Shown: in pieces, positions 54,415-62,711 of the stretch | Layout of the letters: every line of letters begins with the position of its first letter | Numbering within the stretch: the first letter of the stretch is position 1 | Source: Acutalibacteraceae bacterium | Lineage (GTDB): Bacteria; Bacillota; Clostridia; Oscillospirales; Acutalibacteraceae | NCBI GenBank assembly: GCA_045601905.1 | Contig: JAZSAM010000040.1 | Coordinates: 1,910 to 65,909, forward strand | DNA length: 64,000 bases | Direction of reading: 5' to 3' | Made by a program: the position numbers and the translations under genes | The notes under the pieces: model-generated | The model's input: the letters and a program-made list of their open reading frames with translations, nothing else | The model's database searches: none | What the model was told of the DNA's origin: nothing

Positions 54415-55696
54415 CTTCACCCATACAGAAATCACCGTCACCGATGGCGGTGATTTTAACTTTTACGGTTTTATCGTGGCAGCTGTCGGGAAGTGAAAAT
54501 TTAACAGGAATGTAGTTTGCAGTATAGCCGATGAAAAGGCCGTCGCTGTTCTTCGTTTCGGGAATAACGCTGAAGACTTTGCCGATTACGCTCAGAAAAA
54601 ACTCGCGGCGGAGCTTTTCCGTTTCCTCAATCATTATTTTACAACGCTTTTCCTTGACGGATTTGTCAAGGTGTCCCGTAAGCTTTTCGGCTCTTGTACC
54701 TTTTCTTACTGAATATGGGAAAACGTGCACCTTTTCAAATCCGATTTCCTTTACAAAGCTGAGGCTTTCTTTGAAATCCTCCTCACTTTCACCTGCAAAT
54801 CCGACCATAACATCTGTTGTGAGAGTGCAGTCATTGAAGCTTCTTCTGAGCTTTCTTGCGATTTGTCTGAATTCGTCGGCGGTATAATGTCGGTTCATGC
54901 TGCGAAGAGTTTTGTCACAGCCGGACTGTAATGAAAGATGAAACTGAGGGCAAAGCTTTTCGCATTCGCTCAGCTTTTCAATAACCTCATCGGTAAGGTG
55001 GTCGGGCTCAAGTGAGCCGAGACGTACTCTTTCAATTCCTTCAACGCCGTTGACTGCTTTTACGGCATCGGGGAAGGAGTCACCTGTATCCTGACCGTAG
55101 GAGGAAAGGTTGATTCCGACAAGCACAACCTCCTTGTAGCCCCTTTTGCTGAGTGCCTCAACCTCTTTTCTTAATTTGTCAAGGGGCTTTGAGCGTACAC
55201 GTCCTCTTGAATAGGGAATGACACAGTAGGAGCAGAAACGGTTGCAGCCGTCCTGAATCTTGACGCAGGCTCTCGTGCGCTCTTCAAAGCAGGTGATTGT
55301 ATCGCCACTGAAGGGGTCACCCTTCTGATGCTCGCAGACACGGAAAAGTCTTTTACCTTCCCTGGCGTATTCCTCGAGCAGGTCGGGGAGTACATCATTG
55401 TTTTTGTTGCCGAGAATAATATCAGCTTCAATAAGCTCCTTTGATTTGTCGGGGTAGGCCTGAGGCATACATCCCGTGAGTACAACAACGGAGTCGGGAT
55501 TGTTCCTTTTGAAGCGGCGTACAGCCTGACGCGTTTTCTGGTCAGCAGAGGCAGTAACTGTGCATGAGTTGACGACAATGACATCGGCGTTTTTCGCTCC
55601 TGTTACCTCAAAGCCTCTTTTCGAAAGAGCCTCGCTTATTGCCTGACTTTCGTACTGATTTACCTTACAGCCGAGAGTGTAAAACTTAACCTTCAT
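54404..55696 (-). CDS. mtaB: tRNA t6A37 methylthiotransferase (radical SAM, MiaB family)
   Basis: MKVKFYTLGCKVNQYES, CNRFCSYC and a TRAM-like C-terminus. Confidence 0.9.
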   Translation of the reverse strand: MKVKFYTLGCKVNQYESQAISEALSKRGFEVTGAKNADVIVVNSCTVTASADQKTRQAVRRFKRNNPDSVVVLTGCMPQAYPDKSKELIEADIILGNKNNDVLPDLLEEYAREGKRLFRVCEHQKGDPFSGDTITCFEERTRACVKIQDGCNRFCSYCVIPYSRGRVRSKPLDKLRKEVEALSKRGYKEVVLVGINLSSYGQDTGDSFPDAVKAVNGVEGIERVRLGSLEPDHLTDEVIEKLSECEKLCPQFHLSLQSGCDKTLRSMNRHYTADEFRQIARKLRRSFNDCTLTTDVMVGFAGESEEDFKESLSFVKEIGFEKVHVFPYSVRKGTRAEKLTGHLDKSVKEKRCKIMIEETEKLRREFFLSVIGKVFSVIPETKNSDGLFIGYTANYIPVKFSLPDSCHDKTVKVKITAIGDGDFCMGEVIL

Positions 55697-55862
55697 TTAT
55701 CTGTACCTTTAACCTTAATAAAATAGCAGATTTATTATACTTGAAACAAGCAAAAAGGTCAATAGAAAGGGCGTGCATAATATTGACATCAGCTCATATT
55801 CCGGGTAAAATATATATGTTGAAAACTAACGAAAAAAACTTTCTCTTTTTGTTAATTTTTTC

Positions 55863-55891
55863 TTGACAAACAATAACTCTTGTGCTATACT
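55863..55891 (+). promoter_or_regulatory. sigma-A consensus promoter for rplU-prp-rpmA
   Basis: TTGACA, 17-nt spacer, TATACT. Confidence 0.6.
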
Positions 55892-55991
55892 CATTCATAC
55901 CGCATATTAAAGGCGGCGTGATTTGTCATGCCATAAGGATAATTTATCCGCCCCAAAGTAGCGAGTCCATAATAAAGGAAGGAAAGAAACT
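55892..55991 (+). ncRNA. possible L21 ribosomal-protein leader
   Basis: A ~100-nt 5' UTR between the promoter and rplU with pairing potential (GGCGG...CCGCC). Firmicutes commonly carry an L21 leader here. I did not verify the structure. Confidence 0.3.
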
Positions 55992-56303
55992 ATGTACGCA
56001 ATTATCGAAACAGGCGGCAAGCAGTATAAGGTTGAAGCAGGCGACGTTCTCTTCATCGAAAAGCTTGACGTTGAAGCAGACTCCGAGGTTACCTTTGACA
56101 AGGTTATCGCAGTTGGCGCAGACGACGGCATCAAGGTTGGTGCTCCCTACGTTGACGGTGCAACCGTAAGCGCAAAGGCAATTAAGAACGGTAAGGGCAA
56201 GAAGATCGTTGTATTCACTTACAAGCCCAAGAAGAACGCAAAGCGTAAGATGGGTCACAGACAGCCCTACACAAAGGTTGAGATTTCATCAATCAACGCT
56301 TAA
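55992..56303 (+). CDS. rplU: 50S ribosomal protein L21
   Basis: [14 protein letters not shown]. Confidence 0.98.
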   Translation: MYAIIETGGKQYKVEAGDVLFIEKLDVEADSEVTFDKVIAVGADDGIKVGAPYVDGATVSAKAIKNGKGKKIVVFTYKPKKNAKRKMGHRQPYTKVEISSINA

Positions 56304-56618
56304 ATGATTAAGATTACCTTTTTCAAAAAAAGAGGGAATTTCACCGGCTTTGAGATAAGCGGTCACAGCGGCTTCGCCGAAGAGGGTGCAGACATTGTCT
56401 GCAGTGCAGTTTCTTCAGCAGCCTATATGACAGCCAACACTCTTACCGAAATCGTTGGTATAGATGCTGATATTAAGCTTAATGACGGTTATCTGAAATT
56501 CATTTCTTCAGACTGCTCCGACACGGTGCAGATAATTTACAAAGGTATGGCTCTTCATTTAAATGCCCTTGCAGAGCAGTATTACGAATACATACTCTGC
56601 GAAGAAACAACTGTTTAA
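56304..56618 (+). CDS. prp: ribosomal-processing cysteine protease Prp
   Basis: GHSGFAEEGADIVCSAVS motif. Lies between rplU and rpmA. Confidence 0.9.
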   Translation: MIKITFFKKRGNFTGFEISGHSGFAEEGADIVCSAVSSAAYMTANTLTEIVGIDADIKLNDGYLKFISSDCSDTVQIIYKGMALHLNALAEQYYEYILCEETTV

Positions 56619-56641
56619 AGAATAATACGGAGGTGTAACAA

Positions 56642-56926
56642 ATGCTTAAGATAAACATTCAATTATTCGCTCACAAAAAAGGTATGGGTTCAACCCGTAA
56701 CGGCCGTGACTCAGAATCAAAGAGACTCGGTGTTAAGCGTGCAGACGGTCAGTTCGTTCTTGCAGGTAACATCCTTGTTAAGCAGCGCGGCACTCACATC
56801 CATCCCGGTAACAACGTAGGCAGAGGCTCAGACGACTCTCTCTTCGCACTTATCGACGGTAAGGTTAAGTTCGAGCGTTACGGTAAGGATCGCAAGAAGG
56901 TAAGCGTTTACGCTGTTGAGCAGTAA
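56642..56926 (+). CDS. rpmA: 50S ribosomal protein L27 with Prp-cleaved N-terminal extension
   Basis: [24 protein letters not shown], where the LFA/HKKG junction is the Prp cleavage site. Confidence 0.97.
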   Translation: MLKINIQLFAHKKGMGSTRNGRDSESKRLGVKRADGQFVLAGNILVKQRGTHIHPGNNVGRGSDDSLFALIDGKVKFERYGKDRKKVSVYAVEQ

Positions 56927-56952
56927 TCAGTTTATAAGTAAATTGCGCATAA

Positions 56953-56985
56953 GCACATCGCATAGCGGTGTGCTTTTCCTTTTTA
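56953..56985 (+). terminator. rho-independent terminator after rpmA
   Basis: GCACATCGC-ata-GCGGTGTGC followed by TTTTCCTTTTT. Confidence 0.75.
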
Positions 56986-57104
56986 TATACAAAAAGATGA
57001 GTTTTGTATAAAATGTTAAGAAAATATTGCTTTTTATTAAAAAACATGTTATTATCATAAAAGAATTAAATCGAAAGATTTAAAACCCCGAAAGGAGACA
57101 AACA

Positions 57105-58241
57105 ATGAAAAAAATATTATCAATCACACTTGCAATCTTAATGATTGCAACAAGTATTCCTTTTGCCTTTGCATCAGATCATTCTCACGGTGAAGCGCTT
57201 TTTAAAAGAGCTGTCAACTATGACGAAACTGCTTTCTGTACCGTTTATAAAGACGGCTGTGCCGTTGTTGAGGGCGAGGGCTATGCTGACTTTTCCGGAT
57301 GTACATGGTGGTTTAGTGAAGAAGGTTACTATGATTATGAGCTAAATACTATGTATATCGGCGAGGGAATTTCAGATATTTTTAATTTTGATTTATACGC
57401 TGAGATTATTATAGACGAAAACAATCCTTATCTTTCGGTAGGTGAGGACGGTTCAATTTATAACAAAGACAAAACAGAACTTGTTATGTACAATAGCAGT
57501 GTTAAACGTTATACTGTTCCTTCATCTGTAAAAATTATTAAGGCCGGCTCTTTTTCCGGATGTGGAATTAATGATCTGATTATACCTGATACGGTTGAAA
57601 TGATTGAACCCTTAGCTTTTGAGAGCGGCAGTGTAGGTTATCTCGAACTGCCTTCTACATTTAAGGTTATTGAGGAAGGTGTGTTTTACGGTTTGCATTG
57701 CGAGTGTATTGTTGTTCCTGCCACTGTTGAAAAAATAGAGGATTTCGGCTTTTACGCATACAATAAAACGGTTTTATTTATTATGAATCCTGACTGTGAA
57801 ATCGGTTATCTTGGCGAAGATATCAAGATTATGGGCTTCAGCGGCTCTACCGCAGAAAGATATGCCGATGAAAACGGTGTAGCCTTTGATGCAATTGACA
57901 GTGATGACCACAAGCATATTTTCATTCCTCGTGTTACAAAGGAAATCACCTGTACAGAGGACGGTATTTTTACATACAATTGCCCCTGCGGAAATGCACA
58001 GCCTTATGAGCATATTGACGAAAGCTACGGTCATTATATGGATTATGACAAACCGGCAACAGACGGCAATGTGTATTGCGAGATTTGCGGTGTCAAAGCT
58101 GATTGCAACTGCTTCTGTCACAAAGCAACAAGAGAAAATGCATCTGAGATACAGAGGTTTATTTATAAAATTTATACATTTTTCTGGAAACTTTTCAGAA
58201 TCAACGAAGAGTGTGCCTGTGGCAACGACTATCATTATTAA
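57105..58241 (+). CDS. secreted BspA-type leucine-rich-repeat protein with C-terminal Cys-rich module
   Basis: Signal peptide. LRR units of the type IPDTVEMIEPLAFESG / LPSTFKVIEEGVFYG / VPATVEKIEDFGFY. C-terminus ...CNCFCHK...FIYKIYTFFWKLFRINEECACGNDYHY. Confidence 0.8.
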   Translation: MKKILSITLAILMIATSIPFAFASDHSHGEALFKRAVNYDETAFCTVYKDGCAVVEGEGYADFSGCTWWFSEEGYYDYELNTMYIGEGISDIFNFDLYAEIIIDENNPYLSVGEDGSIYNKDKTELVMYNSSVKRYTVPSSVKIIKAGSFSGCGINDLIIPDTVEMIEPLAFESGSVGYLELPSTFKVIEEGVFYGLHCECIVVPATVEKIEDFGFYAYNKTVLFIMNPDCEIGYLGEDIKIMGFSGSTAERYADENGVAFDAIDSDDHKHIFIPRVTKEITCTEDGIFTYNCPCGNAQPYEHIDESYGHYMDYDKPATDGNVYCEICGVKADCNCFCHKATRENASEIQRFIYKIYTFFWKLFRINEECACGNDYHY

Positions 58242-58272
58242 TAACTGTAATTAAAGAAAGGAGGACACAGCA

Positions 58273-59838
58273 ATGAAAAAATATAAAGCATTATTATCAT
58301 CAATTCTTGCACTCATTATACTTTGCTCCTGTATAGTGCTTCCCGTAAACGCACAGCAGACACTTCCCGAAAGTGAGCACAGATACAAGAACAACTTTTA
58401 CGGTGAATGGGACTACACTCACAGCAATGAGGATGCAAAAGGTCTTTTCGTAACCTTCAGTGAAAATACTTACGTAGAAGACGGTGACGATTATTATAAT
58501 ATCTACTTTGAAGATGAAGATATAACAATCGGTGACGTTATCGAAAATGGAGAACAGAACAAAATCGGTGATATTATTTCCATTTATGACAGCAAGGATA
58601 ATCTTATAGGTGTTTGTCAGGGAGATGAGCTCGCAGGTCAGACTGTTTTTGTTCCCGATTCATCCTTTAAAATCACTCTTATCACCGACGGCAGCCTTAC
58701 AGCCTACGGCTTTAAGGTTACAAATGTTACTGATGAAATTCCCGAGGGCACAACCATTTTCCGTTACCATATGCCCGACGGCAGTATAAAAGCTGATGTT
58801 GCGTATGAATATGACTCAACATTGACGGTAAATGATGATTATATGCACGTTATTTCAGGTGACCAGGCAATCATTGGCTGGACCTTGCCGAACGGTGAAG
58901 ACTGGTATTATGCATCGGGTTCAGTTTATGATACATATATGGAAGAAAGCGGAGTTTATGACTTCTATGCAATTTCAACTCCCGTTCAGCTCCTTCCCAC
59001 CGATGTTTATAATTTTACAAACACCACTGACTATTTCGACTTTGACGGTGACAGATATTACATGACAAAAGAGCACCAGTTAAGACTTGTTTCAAGCACC
59101 TGTCTTGCAGGCGGCACAATTCCTCTTGCTCTTCCTGCTTCAGTATTGGCGACGGTGCTTTCTACATATTCCGCATGGAACTGGGCAGGTTCATGTATCG
59201 GCTTTGCTAACACCGTATGTCTGCAGAAAAAAGGTATTATTGATATAGTTTCTACTCAGGAGGGTGCAACCTGTGTGCGTGACCTTAAGCCCACACCGGA
59301 GCTTATCAGTCTTCTCAATTACTATAATGCTCATTCAGCAGCAACAATTCTTCCCAAGGATAAGGCGTTCAAGCCCGGCAGTGCAGAATATACAAGACAG
59401 CTTAAAAAGCTTGTAAAAAGTGCTCTTGACGGTAATCTTATTCTTTTTGAATTTCTCCCTGTAGGCACGGAGCTCGCAGAGACGTTTTCTGATTATCACG
59501 GCATTGTTATCACAGGTGCATATGAGCATCCCGACGGCGGTTATGTGCTTCTTTATTATGATGAAAATGACGGCTCATATGGAAGCTATAAAACCAGCAG
59601 ATATGCAAAGGACGGACGCTGCGGTGAGCTTTATATTCCCGCTGACTACAGCCAGATTTACGGTGAATACAGCAATCTCATGTTTTTCTGGACAGACAGC
59701 TTTGAGGAATTCAGAAGCCTTGACCCTGATATGGAAAACTCCAACATTTTCTCTTTCCGTATTGAATTTTTCAAACACCTTCTCGAGCTTATCAGAGAAT
59801 GGTTTGATTATTATTTCAAGGCTTTATTTATAAAATAA
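58273..59838 (+). CDS. secreted protein: CUB-like N-terminal domain plus papain-like Cys/His region
   Basis: Signal peptide ..LPVNAQQ. The stretch YKNNFYGEWDY...ISIYDSKDNLIGVCQGDELAG...ITLITDGSLTAYGFKV has CUB-like spacing. WNWAGSCIGFA (Cys308) and DYHGIVITGAY (His409) are also present. Confidence 0.7.
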   Translation: MKKYKALLSSILALIILCSCIVLPVNAQQTLPESEHRYKNNFYGEWDYTHSNEDAKGLFVTFSENTYVEDGDDYYNIYFEDEDITIGDVIENGEQNKIGDIISIYDSKDNLIGVCQGDELAGQTVFVPDSSFKITLITDGSLTAYGFKVTNVTDEIPEGTTIFRYHMPDGSIKADVAYEYDSTLTVNDDYMHVISGDQAIIGWTLPNGEDWYYASGSVYDTYMEESGVYDFYAISTPVQLLPTDVYNFTNTTDYFDFDGDRYYMTKEHQLRLVSSTCLAGGTIPLALPASVLATVLSTYSAWNWAGSCIGFANTVCLQKKGIIDIVSTQEGATCVRDLKPTPELISLLNYYNAHSAATILPKDKAFKPGSAEYTRQLKKLVKSALDGNLILFEFLPVGTELAETFSDYHGIVITGAYEHPDGGYVLLYYDENDGSYGSYKTSRYAKDGRCGELYIPADYSQIYGEYSNLMFFWTDSFEEFRSLDPDMENSNIFSFRIEFFKHLLELIREWFDYYFKALFIK

Positions 59839-59888
59839 ATATCAGCGGACTGAAACTACAGTTCGCATAATTAAGGAGGAAAAATATA

Positions 59889-60275
59889 ATGAAAAAAGCT
59901 ATGAGCTTATTATTAGCGGTACTTATGCTGTTTTCTGTTTTAAGCATCGGAGCGAGTGCAGAATATCGTTGCCCTGATGATATTCACGCGTGGAATCACG
60001 GAACAGTACAGAAGTATCCTGCTACCTGCACATCACGTGCTTATTCAGTATACGAGTGTATGTATTGCAGTGTTACTCTCAGACAGGAGTACGGCCCGGT
60101 TGCTCCCCATACTGACAAAGATCACAACGGCAGATGTGATGTTTGCAACGAAGATTTAACAATAGGCTGCGGACATCTTTGCCACAGAGGCGGCTTCTTC
60201 TATAAGATTGCTCTTTTCTTCTGGAAGCTTTTTAAAACGAATAAAGAGTGCGCTTGCGGTATGTATCATTATTGA
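59889..60275 (+). CDS. small secreted Cys-rich protein sharing the C-terminal module of 57105-58241
   Basis: Signal peptide ..SIGASAEY. C-terminus ..GCGHLCHRGGFFYKIALFFWKLFKTNKECACGMYHY. Confidence 0.75.
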   Translation: MKKAMSLLLAVLMLFSVLSIGASAEYRCPDDIHAWNHGTVQKYPATCTSRAYSVYECMYCSVTLRQEYGPVAPHTDKDHNGRCDVCNEDLTIGCGHLCHRGGFFYKIALFFWKLFKTNKECACGMYHY

Positions 60276-60314
60276 TAAAATTATTATATCTTTTAAATGA
60301 AAGGAGAATATATT

Positions 60315-60461
60315 ATGAGTGACGTTATGGGCAAGATTCTGATCTGGACAGCAAAAGTTTTATTCTTTCTTCCGGCTCTGTTCTTTATACTGCTGCCGAT
60401 TATGCTTATTGACGGAGAAAAAGGTGCAGATGCTATAAACGGATATTGGGGCGAATGGTAA
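60315..60461 (+). CDS. 48-aa small membrane protein
   Basis: MSDVMGKILIWTAKVLFFLPALFFILLPIMLIDGEKGADAINGYWGEW. RBS aaaggaga. Followed directly by a terminator. Below the ORF-track cut-off. Confidence 0.6.
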   Translation: MSDVMGKILIWTAKVLFFLPALFFILLPIMLIDGEKGADAINGYWGEW

Positions 60462-60466
60462 AGCTT

Positions 60467-60500
60467 AACCCGACAGAGTATTCTGTCGGGTTCCTTTTTT
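60467..60500 (+). terminator. rho-independent terminator
   Basis: AACCCGACAG-agtatt-CTGTCGGGTT followed by CCTTTTTT. Confidence 0.85.
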
Positions 60501-60571
60501 GGCATTTTCCTTGACACAGATAATTATTTGTATTATAATGTAAAGAGATTATAATCAGGAGAGATATTTTT

Positions 60572-61318
60572 ATGGAAATTAAAATTTGCGCTTATTGCGG
60601 ACAGGAAATAAAAATGGAGGAGTACAGAGTGTACTGTCCTTCATGTCATGAGGATTATCACAAGGAATGCTGGCTTGCAAATAACGGTTGCGTGACCGAG
60701 GGCTGTGAGTATAACCGCAGACCTACGGGTATGTGTCCTTATTGCCACACTCCCACAAAGAAGGAGTATGTTTATTGCAAAAAGTGCGGCAGACCTACAA
60801 ACCCTCTTATGAACCTTGTTGTTTATCCCGAGGGCAGTGATTACTTTGTTCCCGATACTGAAGCTGATACTGCGGTTATGCTTGCAGGCGACAACAGCGA
60901 AAAGTTTATGAAGCGCTTTGTTGAAATGGAAAAAAATAAGTACAAGCTTTCCTGGAATTTCTCTTCCTTCCTTTTCACAGCCTTCTGGTTCATTTACCGT
61001 AAGATGTATGCACAGGGTGTTGCAGTGCTTCTCTTCTTTGCACTTCTTGCCTCTTCAATTGCATTCTTCCCGGGACTCAGATGGCTCAGCATCCCTCTTT
61101 TCGTTCTTCTCTGGGTTGCTTGCGGTGTCTGCGGTAACGGTATTTATATGGAGCACCTGAGAAAGGTAGCAGGAGAAGCACTTAAGGTTCCTCAGAACTT
61201 CAGACTCGAGTACATACTCAAGGTTGGCGGTGTCGATAAGAAATCAACGATTATCTCTGCAGTTGTTTCAGCCGTTGCAACCGTAATCTTCGTGCTTATC
61301 GCTAACCTGGTTATATAA
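60572..61318 (+). CDS. zinc-ribbon plus DUF2628-like membrane protein
   Basis: N-terminal CxxC pairs (CAYCG, CPSC, CPYC, CKKCG) followed by NFSSFLFTAFWFIYRKMY and TM segments. Confidence 0.75.
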   Translation: MEIKICAYCGQEIKMEEYRVYCPSCHEDYHKECWLANNGCVTEGCEYNRRPTGMCPYCHTPTKKEYVYCKKCGRPTNPLMNLVVYPEGSDYFVPDTEADTAVMLAGDNSEKFMKRFVEMEKNKYKLSWNFSSFLFTAFWFIYRKMYAQGVAVLLFFALLASSIAFFPGLRWLSIPLFVLLWVACGVCGNGIYMEHLRKVAGEALKVPQNFRLEYILKVGGVDKKSTIISAVVSAVATVIFVLIANLVI

Positions 61319-61339
61319 TCAAAACTTGAACTTTACCCC

Positions 61340-61368
61340 TTGACTTATTTTAAGTTATGGGGTATAAT
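61340..61368 (+). promoter_or_regulatory. sigma-A consensus promoter for the pheST leader
   Basis: TTGACT, 17-nt spacer, TATAAT. Confidence 0.6.
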
Positions 61369-61374
61369 TCTTGC

Positions 61375-61612
61375 AATATGTTTAAAAGCAATGACTGAGA
61401 AATAAGTAAGTCAGAGAGCATTTACTCAAAGAGAGCGACGGTTGGTGTGAGGTCGCAGTAAACTCTGAGCTGAAATTCGACTCACGAGCTGCCTGTGAAA
61501 AGCAGGATGTGGGCATCGCATTAAGGTGCATTAAAGTGGCAGGGGATTTTTCTCTGCAATTTGAGTGGTACCACGGTTATTTCCGTCTCATGTTTATGAG
61601 GCGGTTTTTATT
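61375..61612 (+). promoter_or_regulatory. T-box riboswitch leader, Phe specifier (UUC)
   Basis: AGAGAG...GGTTGGTG in distal Stem I. The gaaaTTCg specifier loop has UUC at 61476-61478. Conserved T-box TGAGTGGTACCACGG lies at 61562-61576. Terminator CCGTCTCAT-gttt-ATGAGGCGG plus a T-run. Confidence 0.88.
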
Positions 61613-61642
61613 TTATCAAAAATACTTCTTTGGAGGTTAATT

Positions 61643-62692
61643 ATGAACAGCAAAATTCTTGAACTTCAGAATCTGTTTGAAGCTGAAGCACAGAAGGCTT
61701 CTTCAACTGCTGAGCTTGAAGCACTCAGAGTTGCCTATTTAGGTAAAAAAGGCTCAATTACTGAGCTTATGAAGGAAATGAAGGATCTTTCTCCCGAGGA
61801 GAAGAAGACCTTCGGTCAGCAGGTAAATCAGCTTAAGGGCTTTGCCGCTGATAAGCTTGCAAGCCGTACCGAGGAGCTTAAAAAGCAGGAAATCGAAAAG
61901 GAAATCAACAGTGTTCCCGATTTTGACATTTCTATGCCCCCCTCAATGAACGAGGGCTCCTATCATCCCGTTACACTCGTTCAGCGTCAGTGTGAAAGAA
62001 TCTTCAAGACAATGGGCTTTGCAGTTGAGGATTATTCCGAAATCGTAACAGACTACGAGTGCTTTGAGGCTCTCAACATCCCCAAGCATCACCCCGCAAG
62101 AGATATGCAGGACACCTACTATCTTGAAAACGGTCAGCTTCTCAAGAGCCACACCTCAGCAGCACAGAACGCTATTTACAAAAAGTATAAGGACGCACTC
62201 ATTAACGACGGTGTGCCCATCAAGGCAATTTTTCCCGGACGCTGCTTCAGAAATGAGGCAACCGATGCCTGCCACGAAAACACCTTCTTCCAGATGGAAG
62301 GCGTTATGGTTGACAAGGACATCTCCATCTCAAACCTTATCTACTTTATGAAAACAATGCTTTCAGAGGTTTTTCAGAAGGATCTTAAGGTAAGACTCCG
62401 TCCCGGCTTCTTCCCCTTCGTTGAGCCCGGCTTTGAGCTTGACATCAGCTGCCTTATCTGTGGCGGTGAGGGTTGCCCCTCTTGTAAGCACAGTGGCTGG
62501 CTTGAGCTTTGTCCCTGCGGTATGATTCACCCCGAGGTGCTCAAGGCAGGCGGTATTGATCCCGAGGAGTACACAGGCTTTGCCTTCGGTCTCGGTCTTA
62601 CAAGACTTGTTATGATGAAATACGGAATCAAGGACATCCGTGACCTTAATTCCGGTAGCCTTAAAACACTTACACAGTTTATCGACGAATAA
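61643..62692 (+). CDS. pheS: phenylalanine--tRNA ligase alpha subunit
   Basis: Start moved to ATG 61643, after ggagg. HPARDMQDT and FRNE class II motifs are present. Confidence 0.97.
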   Translation: MNSKILELQNLFEAEAQKASSTAELEALRVAYLGKKGSITELMKEMKDLSPEEKKTFGQQVNQLKGFAADKLASRTEELKKQEIEKEINSVPDFDISMPPSMNEGSYHPVTLVQRQCERIFKTMGFAVEDYSEIVTDYECFEALNIPKHHPARDMQDTYYLENGQLLKSHTSAAQNAIYKKYKDALINDGVPIKAIFPGRCFRNEATDACHENTFFQMEGVMVDKDISISNLIYFMKTMLSEVFQKDLKVRLRPGFFPFVEPGFELDISCLICGGEGCPSCKHSGWLELCPCGMIHPEVLKAGGIDPEEYTGFAFGLGLTRLVMMKYGIKDIRDLNSGSLKTLTQFIDE

Positions 62693-62711
62693 GAGGAAAG
62701 GAGCGTAAATT

